Positions 45,278 through 55,120 of a DNA stretch of 64,000 nucleotides are shown one piece after another (position 1 is the stretch's first letter; the number at the start of each line of letters is the position of its first letter). Position numbers and translations under genes: made by a program. The notes beneath the pieces are model-generated. The model did no database searches. It saw nothing but the letters and a program-made list of their open reading frames with translations, and had not been told where the DNA came from. Where the stretch lies: positions 3,488-67,487 of the forward strand of contig CAZWMG010000007.1 of the NCBI GenBank assembly GCA_964634945.1. Direction: 5' to 3'. The DNA comes from an uncultured Planctomycetia bacterium. Lineage in GTDB: Bacteria > Omnitrophota > Gorgyraeia > JABMRG01.

Positions 45278-48094
45278 CTACATCACCTTTTTAAGATAAC
45301 GTCCTGTATAGGAAGCCTTATTTCTGGAAATTTCAAAAGGAGAACCACAAGCAACGATATTTCCACCTTTTTCACCGCCCTCTGGGCCCAAATCCACAAT
45401 ATAATCCGCGGATTTAATAACATCAAGATTATGCTCTATAACCAATACGGTATTGCCTTGCGCAACCAATTTGTTCAAGACCGATAATAGCTTGCTCACA
45501 TCAGCAAAGTGTAGGCCGGTTGTAGGTTCATCAAGAATATATAAGGTTCTACCTGTCGCTAACTTAGAAAGCTCTGTTGCTAATTTTATCCTTTGCGCTT
45601 CACCACCGGAGAGCGTTGTAGCGGCCTGGCCCAGTTCAATGTAGCCTAAACCGACCTCAGAGAGAGTCTTTAATTTTTTGTATATTGAGGGAATATTAGC
45701 AAAAAGCTCTATCGCGTCATCTACCGCCATTTCAAGTACATCGGATATGGACTTGCCCTTGTATTTTACCTCTAGAGTCTGCTGATTGAAACGCTTGCCT
45801 TGGCATGCCTGACACCTTATATAAACATCCGGAAGAAAGTGCATCTCTATCTTCTTCACACCATCGCCATCACATATTTCGCACCTGCCGCCCTTAACAT
45901 TAAAACTAAACCTGCCGGCCCTATACCCCCTTATCTTCGATTCGGGCAACTTGCTAAATAGATCTCTTATATGGCTAAAGGCACCTGTATAAGTAGTGGG
46001 ATTGGAACGTGGTGTACGTCCTATGGGTGACTGGTCCACAACTATTACCTTATCTATATGCTCACTACCCAATATCGCTTTATGCTTGCCCGGAGCTTGA
46101 GTTGAATTATAAAATTTCCTCGCGAGGGCCCTATAGAGTATCTCATCTACCAATGTGGATTTACCCGAACCGGAAACACCTGTCACGCAACTAAAGGTGC
46201 CCAAAGGCAGAGATATGTCAATCCCCTTTAGGTTATGTTCACTTGCCTCCTTGATGATAAGCTTTTTTTTATTTTTATAATCTCTATAATTTCCGGATGG
46301 GGCCACTACTAAACTGGAGTTTAAATACCTTGCTGTTAAGGAAGCCTTATTTTTAAGAAGCCCTTTTAACTTACCGCTATAGATAAGCTCCCCGCCTTTC
46401 TTGCCGGCACCCGGGCCTAAATCCACAATATAATCCGCGTTCCTGATCATGACCTCATCATGCTCTACAACAATGATAGTATTTCCTAAATCCCGCAAAG
46501 TTTTAAGCGTAGAGAGAAGTTTGGAATTATCTCTCTGATGAAGGCCTATGCTCGGTTCGTCCAACACATAGAGAACTCCAACCAGTCCGGCGCCTATCTG
46601 AGTAGCCAGCCTGATGCGCTGCGCTTCGCCGCCTGAAAGAGTAGAGCTTACACGATCAAGAGTTAAATAACCTAAACCTACATTCAACAAAAATTTCAGC
46701 CTGCTCTTAAGCTCTTTCATTATCTGTTTTGCGATCTGCTCACTTTTAGCGTTAAGTTTTAAGTGTTTAAAAAACTCAAAAGCCTGATTTATAGAGAGGC
46801 TGGATATATCAGCGATATTCCTATCTGTAATCTTTACTGCAAGAGATTCATCCTTAAGCCGCTTGCCCTTACACTTAAAACACGGGCGTACAGACATATA
46901 GGTATGAATAAAGTCGCGCATATATTCACTCTCAGTCTCTTTAAAACGACGCTCTAAATTTGGTATGACCCCCTCAAAGTATCTTTCCTCCCCCTTGCCT
47001 TCCCGGCTGCCATAGAGAATAACTTCTCGTATTTTTTTACCCAAATCCTTAAACGGCTTTTCAGCACTAAAATCGTAATCATACGCAAGCCCGTTAAGAA
47101 GCCTGTAATAATACAATAGTAATGATTTTCCGCCTTTTCTCCATGGTTCTATAGCGCCTTCTTTAATGGATTTTGATTTATCCGGCACAACAAGATCCGG
47201 ATCTATCTCCATATTATGTCCTAATCCATTACAAGCGGGACATGCGCCATATGGAGAGTTAAAAGAAAATGCCCTGGGCTCTAGTGTCTCATAATTTATT
47301 CCGCAATCCAGGCATGCGCTTTGAGAACTATAGAGTGTTTCGGTTTTTGGTTTTTGCTTTTGGGTTTGCGCGGAAGATTGTATCGCAACTATCATTAGGC
47401 CGCTTCCAATTTCTAAAGCGGTTTCAACAGAATCAGCAAGGCGTTTTTGAACTCCGGGCTTTATTATCAACCTATCAACAACAACCTCTATATTATGCTT
47501 TGAGTTCTTATTAAGATTTATTTCTTCAGAAAGGTCGGATATTTTTCCATCTACCCTGCACCGCACAAAACCATTTTTCTTCATATTACTAAAAAGATCT
47601 TTGTATTCACCTTTTTTTCCGCGAACAATCGGGGCTAAGATCATAATAGGCGCATGCATAGGATAACGAATTATCGCATCGATAATCTGTTGTGAAGACT
47701 GATGCGTTATGAGTCTAGAACACTTATAACAGTATATGTCTCCGATTCTGGAAAAAAGTAGCCTTAAATAATCATGGATCTCAGTAACAGTCGCAACTGT
47801 GGAACGGGGATTCGAACCGGCCCTCCTTTGCTGGATCGCTATGCTTGGAGAAAGGCCTTCTATATTATCGACATCCGGTTTCTGCATCTGTTCTAAAAAT
47901 TGACGCGCATAAGCGGAAAGGCTTTCAACGTATTTGCGTTGTCCTTCAGCATATACAGTATCAAACGCAAGTGAACTTTTTCCTGAACCTGACAAACCTG
48001 TAATTACAGTAAGTTCATTGCGCGGAAGTTTTAAACTTATTGACTTCAGGTTATGTTCTTTAGCGCCCTTTATCGTAATGTAGCTATTTTTCAT
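45278..48094 (-). CDS. uvrA: excinuclease ABC subunit A
   Basis: GLSGSGKSSLAFDT, two LSGGEAQRI, GVSGSGKSTL, zinc fingers. Confidence 0.98.
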   Translation of the reverse strand: MKNSYITIKGAKEHNLKSISLKLPRNELTVITGLSGSGKSSLAFDTVYAEGQRKYVESLSAYARQFLEQMQKPDVDNIEGLSPSIAIQQRRAGSNPRSTVATVTEIHDYLRLLFSRIGDIYCYKCSRLITHQSSQQIIDAIIRYPMHAPIMILAPIVRGKKGEYKDLFSNMKKNGFVRCRVDGKISDLSEEINLNKNSKHNIEVVVDRLIIKPGVQKRLADSVETALEIGSGLMIVAIQSSAQTQKQKPKTETLYSSQSACLDCGINYETLEPRAFSFNSPYGACPACNGLGHNMEIDPDLVVPDKSKSIKEGAIEPWRKGGKSLLLYYYRLLNGLAYDYDFSAEKPFKDLGKKIREVILYGSREGKGEERYFEGVIPNLERRFKETESEYMRDFIHTYMSVRPCFKCKGKRLKDESLAVKITDRNIADISSLSINQAFEFFKHLKLNAKSEQIAKQIMKELKSRLKFLLNVGLGYLTLDRVSSTLSGGEAQRIRLATQIGAGLVGVLYVLDEPSIGLHQRDNSKLLSTLKTLRDLGNTIIVVEHDEVMIRNADYIVDLGPGAGKKGGELIYSGKLKGLLKNKASLTARYLNSSLVVAPSGNYRDYKNKKKLIIKEASEHNLKGIDISLPLGTFSCVTGVSGSGKSTLVDEILYRALARKFYNSTQAPGKHKAILGSEHIDKVIVVDQSPIGRTPRSNPTTYTGAFSHIRDLFSKLPESKIRGYRAGRFSFNVKGGRCEICDGDGVKKIEMHFLPDVYIRCQACQGKRFNQQTLEVKYKGKSISDVLEMAVDDAIELFANIPSIYKKLKTLSEVGLGYIELGQAATTLSGGEAQRIKLATELSKLATGRTLYILDEPTTGLHFADVSKLLSVLNKLVAQGNTVLVIEHNLDVIKSADYIVDLGPEGGEKGGNIVACGSPFEISRNKASYTGRYLKKVM

Positions 48095-48107
48095 CTCTTC
48101 TCACATA

Positions 48108-48168
48108 ACAGGAAACCCCTTCTCGCAATAAGCCGTTTAAAGCATTCTGCTAAAAGGGGTTCTCTGTT
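48108..48168 (-). terminator. hairpin downstream of the Lys-rich genes
   Basis: AACAGGAAACCCCTT ... AAGGGGTTCTCTGTT imperfect inverted repeat. Confidence 0.4.
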
Positions 48169-48194
48169 TCAAATTAATTACTATCTATTAAAAT

Positions 48195-48299
48195 TTATTT
48201 CTTCTTCTTCTTTTTAGCCTTTTTCTTTGCTACCTTTTTCTTTGCTACCTTTTTCTTTGCTACCTTTTTCTTTTTCTTTGCCTTTTTCTTTGCTGCCAT
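48195..48299 (-). CDS. 34-aa Lys/Ala/Val-only basic peptide (histone H1-tail / protamine-like)
   Basis: MAAKKKAKKKKKVAKKKVAKKKVAKKKAKKKKKK; AAGGAGG RBS before the ATG; below the ORF-track cutoff. Confidence 0.7.
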   Translation of the reverse strand: MAAKKKAKKKKKVAKKKVAKKKVAKKKAKKKKKK

Positions 48300-48343
48300 G
48301 TTTCCCCTCCTTTTTTAGTAAAGAATTTAATCTTTACACGCTA

Positions 48344-48691
48344 CTATCTCTTCTTCTTTGCCTTCTTCTTCGCAACCTTCTTCTTTGCCTTCTTCTTCGC
48401 AACCTTCTTCTTTGCCTTCTTCTTGGCTACTTTCTTCTTAGCAACTTTCTTCTTGGCTACTTTCTTCTTCTTGCCGCGAGCCATCTTTGCCATTGAAACG
48501 TCGCCCTGCTTATCTATGAAATAGAGATACCCCTTTTCCCTTACGATACCGGATTTCACAACTACCTTAGGGCCACCGCCTTTCTTCTTACCACGAGCCA
48601 TCTTTGCCATTGAAACATTACCTTTTTTATCCAAATAATAAAGATAGCCTTTTTCTCTCTTAATTTTGCATTTCAAAACTTTTGTTGCCAT
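48344..48691 (-). CDS. basic protein with tandem-duplicated domain and KKKVA-repeat tail (putative nucleoid-associated protein)
   Basis: REKGYLY(Y/F)xDKxGxVSMAKMARG occurs twice, then (KKK(V)A)n; GGAGGTG RBS. Confidence 0.85.
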   Translation of the reverse strand: MATKVLKCKIKREKGYLYYLDKKGNVSMAKMARGKKKGGGPKVVVKSGIVREKGYLYFIDKQGDVSMAKMARGKKKKVAKKKVAKKKVAKKKAKKKVAKKKAKKKVAKKKAKKKR

Positions 48692-48734
48692 ATTATATTT
48701 TTCACCTCCCTTCCAAAATATTTTTATTAATTTT

Positions 48735-48763
48735 ATTTTACGCTCTTTTTAAAGGGTGCGCAA
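48735..48763 (-). promoter_or_regulatory. sigma70-like promoter with A/T-tract UP-like region
   Basis: TTGCGC-17-TAAAAT; long A tracts upstream on the minus strand. Confidence 0.55.
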
Positions 48764-48978
48764 GAACTTTTTGCTTTTTTTTTGAAAAAAATTAATTTTT
48801 TTTAGAATACGATTAAAGGATTTAAGGCTCCTTACGGGACCATAAAGTGTTCGCGTAAAAAAGATAAACAAGCGAATGGCTCTAGATTGCCGGGAAATTT
48901 TAGAATACAGGATTTAAAAACTATGCAACAGTGGGGAATTATATAGAAAATTAATTACGCCTTGGAAAAGATTAAAAA

Positions 48979-49794
48979 TTATGTACCGATCTTTACACAA
49001 TCATCAAGGTGCTGTTTTAAGGTAGCTACCGCGGAAAGCGGCGCTAGAAAACTTGTCTTTGGATTCTGTGGAGATGGGACATTCTCAGTGCGCGCAATAA
49101 GCCTGCCAAAATCTCCTTCAGCCTCAACCTCATGTGAGTTAACAGTGTATTTGGGAGATGTAACAACCTTGACTATTGTTCTCTGTGCGCCTATACCGGC
49201 TACGCTTAAAAGTGCGGAGACATTGATATTCTTAGGAAAGGCCTTGACCGCTTCCTGCGCAGTGCCTTCGAATATAATATAATCATCAGTTATAGCGTCT
49301 AGGTCTATCTTGTTAGCGATTATATGGGGGGCGCCCCTCAATCCCTTCGGAGGTTTTCGCGTGGTAAGAGTAACTTTTTTTATATCGCCTGTGCCGGCGG
49401 ACTTTATGCCATCTAATCCGCATATAGCTCCGCTAGGAAGAATGATCTTCGCTTTATTTTTTCTTGCGATTTTAAACAGGTCTTCACTTCTCTCTAAGAG
49501 CCCTCCTATGCTCATTACTAAAACATCTTTTTTATTCAACAGGGCCTGTTTAGCCAGATCAAAAGAAAAGCTGCCGGAGGCCGCCTCAACTACAATATCT
49601 GATTTATCGATAAGACTGCTAAGCGAGACTACCGGAGGATTGCCGGAAAGAGAGGCACAAAGATCCTGAGCTCGGGCATTGTCTGTATCACAAAGCGCTA
49701 CGATAGCTGCTAGTGCCTTTAGTTCTTTATCCAGCGTTTTCGCGATAAAGCTGCCTATAGTGCCGCAACCTACTATACCTACTTTTTTTGTCAT
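48979..49794 (-). CDS. nadX: L-aspartate dehydrogenase
   Basis: GIVGCGTIG, VVEAAS, PSGAICGLD, TTRKPP, FPKNINV, NPKTS; next to nadA. Confidence 0.92.
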   Translation of the reverse strand: MTKKVGIVGCGTIGSFIAKTLDKELKALAAIVALCDTDNARAQDLCASLSGNPPVVSLSSLIDKSDIVVEAASGSFSFDLAKQALLNKKDVLVMSIGGLLERSEDLFKIARKNKAKIILPSGAICGLDGIKSAGTGDIKKVTLTTRKPPKGLRGAPHIIANKIDLDAITDDYIIFEGTAQEAVKAFPKNINVSALLSVAGIGAQRTIVKVVTSPKYTVNSHEVEAEGDFGRLIARTENVPSPQNPKTSFLAPLSAVATLKQHLDDCVKIGT

Positions 49795-49817
49795 GATTCT
49801 CTCATTAGTGTTCTTGT

Positions 49818-49964
49818 AAGGGGATACCCCTACGATTGAGTTTTTACTGTTTTTAGTTTTTTTTGATAACCATATCTTGCTTTATGCAAATACATTAAAG
49901 ATGTATTTTTTGTAAAATTTTATCAATTTCCGTGAGTAGGGGTGTCCCCTTTAGGACCGTCCCC
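49818..49964. mobile_element. MITE/REPIN-like element, family A copy 3
   Basis: AAGGGGATACCCCTACGATTG ... TTTCCGTGAGTAGGGGTGTCCCCTTTAGGACCGTCCCC; core aligns with copy 1. Confidence 0.78.
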
Positions 49965-49970
49965 TTCATA

Positions 49971-50948
49971 TTAAGTACCTGATATAGATACCCACTTTTT
50001 TTCACCGGATATCGCGAGCATCCTCTCTACTGATTTATACGCACGCGCCCTTATATCCTCAGGAACCGATATCTTACCAACCATAAGCTCTAAGGAGTTT
50101 ACTATCCATCCAAGAGTAGTGAGTTTCATGCTTGCGCACAAGAGGTGATCCGTAGGAAGAAAGAACCTCTTATCGGGATTATCCTGTCTCAACCTATAAA
50201 GCATGCCCATTTCTGTTCCAATAATAAAATCTCTTTTGCTAGAAGTCTTTATATATTCAAGCATCCCTCCTGTTGATGTGACCTTATCCGCAAGATCAAG
50301 TATATCCGGGTTGCATTCAGGATGAGCTATAAACTCCGCTCCGGGATAGAGGCTCTTCGCAGCTATTATCTGGTCAGGTAAAACTCTAATATGTGTGGGG
50401 CAGAAACCCTCCCATAATATTATCTCCTTATCAGGCAGCTGTGATTGTACGTAATACCCAAGATTTTTATCGGGAATAAATATTACTTTTTTTTCCTTAA
50501 GGGAGGCGACAACCTCAACAGCATTACGTGAGGTGCAGCATATATCGCTCTCTGCTTTTATTGCCGCGGATGTATTGACATAGCAAACAACCGGTACGCC
50601 GGGATATTCCTGCTTCTTCTTTCTTAATGCCTCAGGCGTAATCATATCTGCCATAGGGCATCCTGCCTCTTTTACAGGGAGCAAAACAGTCTTTTTGGGA
50701 TTCAATATATAAGCGGTCTCTGCCATAAAGTGAACTCCGCAGAATACAATAACGTCCGCCTCTATCTTAATGGCTGCCTTGCTCAATCCCAATGAATCAC
50801 CCGTAATATCCGCTATCTCCTGGACTTCATCTCTCTGATAATTATGGACAATAATAACGGCGTTGCGTTTTTTTCTAAGCTCAGCGATGCGGTTCTTAAG
50901 CTTTTCTATGTATTTCTTGTTAGTCGCTTCCGTATACTCTTCTATCAT
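49971..50948 (-). CDS. nadA: quinolinate synthase
   Basis: HNYQ, GDSL, FCGVHFMAE, GCPMAD, YVNT, CPTH, AHPEC, GTE. Confidence 0.96.
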   Translation of the reverse strand: MIEEYTEATNKKYIEKLKNRIAELRKKRNAVIIVHNYQRDEVQEIADITGDSLGLSKAAIKIEADVIVFCGVHFMAETAYILNPKKTVLLPVKEAGCPMADMITPEALRKKKQEYPGVPVVCYVNTSAAIKAESDICCTSRNAVEVVASLKEKKVIFIPDKNLGYYVQSQLPDKEIILWEGFCPTHIRVLPDQIIAAKSLYPGAEFIAHPECNPDILDLADKVTSTGGMLEYIKTSSKRDFIIGTEMGMLYRLRQDNPDKRFFLPTDHLLCASMKLTTLGWIVNSLELMVGKISVPEDIRARAYKSVERMLAISGEKKWVSISGT

Positions 50949-51298
50949 AATTTCTTTACCCCGTTTTTATCGTTAAGAAATACTCTTTTCGCGTTAAAGG
51001 TTGATGCCTCTTTTGATTCAACCAAACAATACGAAATTATTATGACCCTGTCGCCTTTTTGCGCGCATCTTGCGGCACCACCATTTAAACAAATATCTCC
51101 CTTACCGGATTCTCCTTCTATAACATAGGTCTCAAACCTAGCGCCATTATTAAGATTCACGATCTGGACCTTCTCTCCGGGAAATATATCAGAAACTTTT
51201 AGCAGCTCTGAATCAATAGTGATGCTCCCTGTGTAGTCCAAATTGGCATCCGTTACTGTGGCATTATGAATCTTTGATTTGTAAATTATTCTTAACAT
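50945..51298 (-). CDS. panD: aspartate 1-decarboxylase
   Basis: KSKIH, YTGSITID, NGARFETY, NGGAAR. Confidence 0.96.
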   Translation of the reverse strand: MLRIIYKSKIHNATVTDANLDYTGSITIDSELLKVSDIFPGEKVQIVNLNNGARFETYVIEGESGKGDICLNGGAARCAQKGDRVIIISYCLVESKEASTFNAKRVFLNDKNGVKKL

Positions 51299-51407
51299 CT
51301 TCCTTACTCCTTTTTATTATTAATTAAATATTAAAGTATTAATCTGCATGTATTAAGTTTTTTTCTGGAATTTGTTTAGTGTTCCGCTAATCTCTTATAT
51401 GTTTTTA

Positions 51408-51470
51408 TTATCCTTTATCCTTTATCCTTAATCCTTAATCCTTAATTCTTAATTCTTAATTCCTAATTCT
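51408..51470. repeat. nine-unit degenerate heptamer tandem array
   Basis: TTATCCT x3, TAATCCT x2, TAATTC(T/C) x4; overlaps the panC stop. Confidence 0.8.
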
Positions 51471-52336
51471 TTTTTCTTTACATCTACCCTCACCTTATGC
51501 CTTATTATCATATTATCGATAAGCCTTGTTGTTCCGATCTTAACCGCTAGCGCTATCAATACTTTTGAATTAACTACTCTCTTTTTACTTAATGTATCAG
51601 GACAAACTACATCGATATAATCAATACATGTATTCGGTTTATTCAAAATGCTCTTCATAGCGGATCTTACTTTAGATGCGCTACTTTCTCCGTGCACAAT
51701 AAGGTCTTTTGCTTTTTTTAAGGATTTATAAAGCAGCTTGGCGTCTTCCATCTCCGGATCAGTCAAATATCTATTGCGTGAACTTAGGGCAATGCCGGAT
51801 TTTTCTCTAACTATGGGCAGCACCTTAACATTGATATCAATATTAAGGTCCCGAACCATCTTCTTTATAATAAAGGCCTGCTGATAATCTTTTTGTCCAA
51901 AATATACCGTGTCAGGGGCTATGATATTGAATAATTTTGTACATACAGTCGCGACACCTTTGAAGTGCCCGGGCCTTGACCTTTTGCACATAATATCTGA
52001 TCTCTCTTCAACCTCAACATAAGTGCTAAAACCTTTAGGGTACATTGATCCGGCATCCGGAAAGAACAAAATATCGCAACCGCACTTCTCGGCCTGCTGA
52101 GCATCTCCCTTGATCGCTCTTGGATATTTTTTGTAATCCTCGTTCTTCCCAAACTGCGTCGGATTAACAAATATACTCACCACTACAATATCGTTTTCCT
52201 TTTTAGCTTTTCTTATAAGCGAAAGGTGGCCTTCGTGAAAGGCTCCCATAGTAGGGACAAAACCTATTCTTTTTTTCTTTCTTCGAAGATGCTTTAGCAA
52301 GAGAGTAACCTTGCTTAATTCTTTAACGAGCTTCAT
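51449..52336 (-). CDS. panC: pantoate--beta-alanine ligase
   Basis: VPTMGAFHEGH, SIFVNPTQF, RPGHFKGV, FGQKDYQQ, ALSSRN, RLIDN. Confidence 0.97.
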   Translation of the reverse strand: MKLVKELSKVTLLLKHLRRKKKRIGFVPTMGAFHEGHLSLIRKAKKENDIVVVSIFVNPTQFGKNEDYKKYPRAIKGDAQQAEKCGCDILFFPDAGSMYPKGFSTYVEVEERSDIMCKRSRPGHFKGVATVCTKLFNIIAPDTVYFGQKDYQQAFIIKKMVRDLNIDINVKVLPIVREKSGIALSSRNRYLTDPEMEDAKLLYKSLKKAKDLIVHGESSASKVRSAMKSILNKPNTCIDYIDVVCPDTLSKKRVVNSKVLIALAVKIGTTRLIDNMIIRHKVRVDVKKKELGIKN

Positions 52337-53081
52337 TTGCTATATCTGTTTTTTTCTGTTTAGGGTGCGGTATTTTGAGCAGCTTGCATATCAATCCAAG
52401 AAATGTCTTAGCCCGATCCTGTCCTGGATGCGCAATAACAGGCGCTCTCACAGCATCGTTGGGTTTTATAGTCAATAATTTAAACTCGCTATCCTTAACA
52501 CTGCTATGCGCCTTGTGCTCTGATAAGAGTTCATTAATTGATTGCTTTAAAACAGGATGTATGAGCTCTGGTGCTATTTGAGAAAGCGGTTCCAACACAA
52601 ATATTCTCTCATGCAAAGATCTATGAGGCAGAATAAGATTATTTCCTTTCATAACAATATCATCGTATAAGAGTATATCTAGGTCTATAATTCGCGGCCC
52701 CCATCTCTCTTCGCTTGCTAATTTCTTTTCAATGATCTGATTATCCGCAGTCGATGTTTCCATGGGCCCGGACTCATCCAGCGCCTTCAGTTGCTCTTCA
52801 ATACTAAGTCTCTTTGGAACGGAATCTCTGCCCCTTCCCATCTCACGCTCAATAGATTTCAGCGCGGTTAAAAGCTCGTCGGGATAAAGGGTCGTATCTA
52901 TCCTGCAACAGGCATTCAAAAAATCGGGCTGTTCAATGCCGCCTTCAGGGGGCGTCTCTATAACTGAGGATATCTCACCAAGCTGAATATTTTTTCTTGT
53001 CCTTAATTTTTCTAATGCCTTATCAATATTGAGCTGCCTGTCACCAAGGTTTGAACCTATGCCTATATAGACCTTGCTCAT
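52323..53081 (-). CDS. folK: 2-amino-4-hydroxy-6-hydroxymethyldihydropteridine diphosphokinase with internal insertion and C-terminal extension
   Basis: YIGIGSNLGDR, QPDFLN, RWGPRIIDLDIL, LPH, RIFVLEPL. Confidence 0.92.
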   Translation of the reverse strand: MSKVYIGIGSNLGDRQLNIDKALEKLRTRKNIQLGEISSVIETPPEGGIEQPDFLNACCRIDTTLYPDELLTALKSIEREMGRGRDSVPKRLSIEEQLKALDESGPMETSTADNQIIEKKLASEERWGPRIIDLDILLYDDIVMKGNNLILPHRSLHERIFVLEPLSQIAPELIHPVLKQSINELLSEHKAHSSVKDSEFKLLTIKPNDAVRAPVIAHPGQDRAKTFLGLICKLLKIPHPKQKKTDIANEAR

Positions 53082-54247
53082 TGATGAAGCCTCTTTATCC
53101 TATCTACAGCTTCCTGAAGCCTCTCTTCGGCTACAGTCAGTGTTATCCTTATATAGCCTTCTCCATTTGGGCCAAAACCTACGCCCGGAGTCGTAACGAT
53201 ATCTGCTTTTTCAAGTAGTGATCTTGTAAGTTCATTTGAAGTATATCCGGGCGGCACAGGTATCCAGACATAAAACGTAGCCTTAGGCTTTTGAACCTTC
53301 CAACCGATAGAATTTAAACCATCTACCAGGACATCTCTTCTTCTCTGATAGATAGCGTTAAGCTTATCTATATGAGACTGGTCGCTCTCCAAGGCTACGA
53401 TACCGGCAAATTGTACGGGCTGGAATATGCCTGAATCTATATTCGACTTTACTCTTCGCAACGCCGATATCACATCCGCTTTACCGCATACAAAACCGAG
53501 TCTCCAGCCGGTCATATTATAAGTCTTTGACAAAGAGTGAAATTCAACGCCTACATCTTTCGCGCCTTCAAATTCGAGAAAACTAGGAGGCCTGTAACCA
53601 TCGTATGACATCTCAGAATAAGCAGCATCATGGCAGATAATAATATTATTCTCGTTTGCGTATTCTATGACTCTTTTAAAAAACTCTTCTGTCGCTATTG
53701 CCGATGTAGGATTATTAGGATAATTTAAGAACATAATCTTTGCCCTTTTTGCGACTTGGTAGTCTATAGCGTCAAGATCGGGAAGAAAATCATTTTCAGG
53801 AAGAAGCGGCATAAGATAAGGTACCCCGCCCGCAAATATAGTTCCTGATTTATATGGTGGGTAACAAGGGTCCGGTATCAATACCTCATCTCCATGGTTT
53901 ACATAAGCAAGCGGCATATGCGCGATACCTTCCTTAGACCCTATTAAAGGCAAGACCTCTGACTCAGGATCCAGCTCCACATCAAAGCGGCGCTTATACC
54001 ACGTCGCTATTGTCTCCCGCAATTTTAAAAGCCCCATATCCATAGCGTAGCGATGGTTCCTCGAATCCTGGGCAGCTTCATATAGCTGCTCTATAATATG
54101 CATTGGTGTGGGCCTGTCAGGATCGCCTACACCCAAATCGATTATATCCTTACCCTCGCTAATAGCCTTCTTCTTTATTTTGTCTATCTCGGCAAAAAGA
54201 TACGGTGGTAACTTCTTAAGCCTGCTTGATGTATCAACATTTATCAT
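53078..54247 (-). CDS. dapL: LL-diaminopimelate aminotransferase
   Basis: LPPYLFAEID, DLGVGDPD, GSKEGIAH, NYPNNPT, SLSKTYNMTGWR; within the dap cluster. Confidence 0.88.
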   Translation of the reverse strand: MINVDTSSRLKKLPPYLFAEIDKIKKKAISEGKDIIDLGVGDPDRPTPMHIIEQLYEAAQDSRNHRYAMDMGLLKLRETIATWYKRRFDVELDPESEVLPLIGSKEGIAHMPLAYVNHGDEVLIPDPCYPPYKSGTIFAGGVPYLMPLLPENDFLPDLDAIDYQVAKRAKIMFLNYPNNPTSAIATEEFFKRVIEYANENNIIICHDAAYSEMSYDGYRPPSFLEFEGAKDVGVEFHSLSKTYNMTGWRLGFVCGKADVISALRRVKSNIDSGIFQPVQFAGIVALESDQSHIDKLNAIYQRRRDVLVDGLNSIGWKVQKPKATFYVWIPVPPGYTSNELTRSLLEKADIVTTPGVGFGPNGEGYIRITLTVAEERLQEAVDRIKRLHQ

Positions 54248-54250
54248 AAC

Positions 54251-55057
54251 TTAAACTCCTTCTATTACATTTTGCATATTATATAATCCCGGTGATTTTT
54301 CTACAATATACTTAGCGGCACATAAAGCGCCCCTGGCAAGGATATCGCGTGAATTAGCGCGATGAGTTATCTCAATCCTCTCATCATTACTCGCGAAGAT
54401 TACTGTGTGCTCACCTATGATCCCGCCTGCACGTACCGCGTGTATGCCTATCTCATTTTTTCTCCTCTGGCCTACATTGCCTTCTCTGCCATATACCGCA
54501 ACATCTTTTACTTTTTTCCCTTTTGCCTCTGCTATTCTCTGAGCCAGTGTTATCGCGGTGCCACTCGGAGAGTCTTTCTTCTTATTATGATGAGCTTCGA
54601 TTATCTCTATATCATAGTCTTCTCCTAGCGCGCTTGCTATTTCAGGCACTAAACGGAAAAGTAGATTTATGCCGATAGACATGTTAGAAGAAACAAGCAC
54701 AGGTATAACCTTAGAGCTTGATTCTATGGACCGCTGCTCCTCATCCATGAGTCCTGTAGTGCCTATCACTATAGGTATCTTTTCGTCTCTGGCAACCTTT
54801 AGATTTAATAGTGTCGCGATAGGCGCTGTAAAATCTATTATTACATCCGCGCCTTTCGCGGCGACACTCAGATCATCTTGTATCTTTATATCAAGAGCCT
54901 CACTGCCAATAATTTTGCCGAAACTTGTACCGATATCAGGGTGAGATCTCATATCTGTCGCAGCAATTATTTCAAAATTTTTATCTGCCAAAGCAAGAGA
55001 AGCTATGCTTTTGCCCATCCTACCGCAACATCCCGCAATCGCTATTTTTATACTCAT
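54251..55057 (-). CDS. dapB: 4-hydroxy-tetrahydrodipicolinate reductase
   Basis: GCCGRMG, IDFT, GTTG, EAHHNKKKDSPSGTA. Confidence 0.96.
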   Translation of the reverse strand: MSIKIAIAGCCGRMGKSIASLALADKNFEIIAATDMRSHPDIGTSFGKIIGSEALDIKIQDDLSVAAKGADVIIDFTAPIATLLNLKVARDEKIPIVIGTTGLMDEEQRSIESSSKVIPVLVSSNMSIGINLLFRLVPEIASALGEDYDIEIIEAHHNKKKDSPSGTAITLAQRIAEAKGKKVKDVAVYGREGNVGQRRKNEIGIHAVRAGGIIGEHTVIFASNDERIEITHRANSRDILARGALCAAKYIVEKSPGLYNMQNVIEGV

Positions 55058-55120
55058 ATCTTACTCCTATCCTGATTGAATACTTAACTCTCTTTTTATA
55101 AATAATTTCATATAATTGAG

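Noticed and set aside
48227-48496. Plus-strand Leu/Phe-rich repetitive ORF
   Set aside because: Reverse-complement artefact of the Lys-rich genes, which have the RBSs
12138-49964. CRISPR array
   Set aside because: Repeats are dispersed and inverted, not regularly spaced direct repeats; no cas genes
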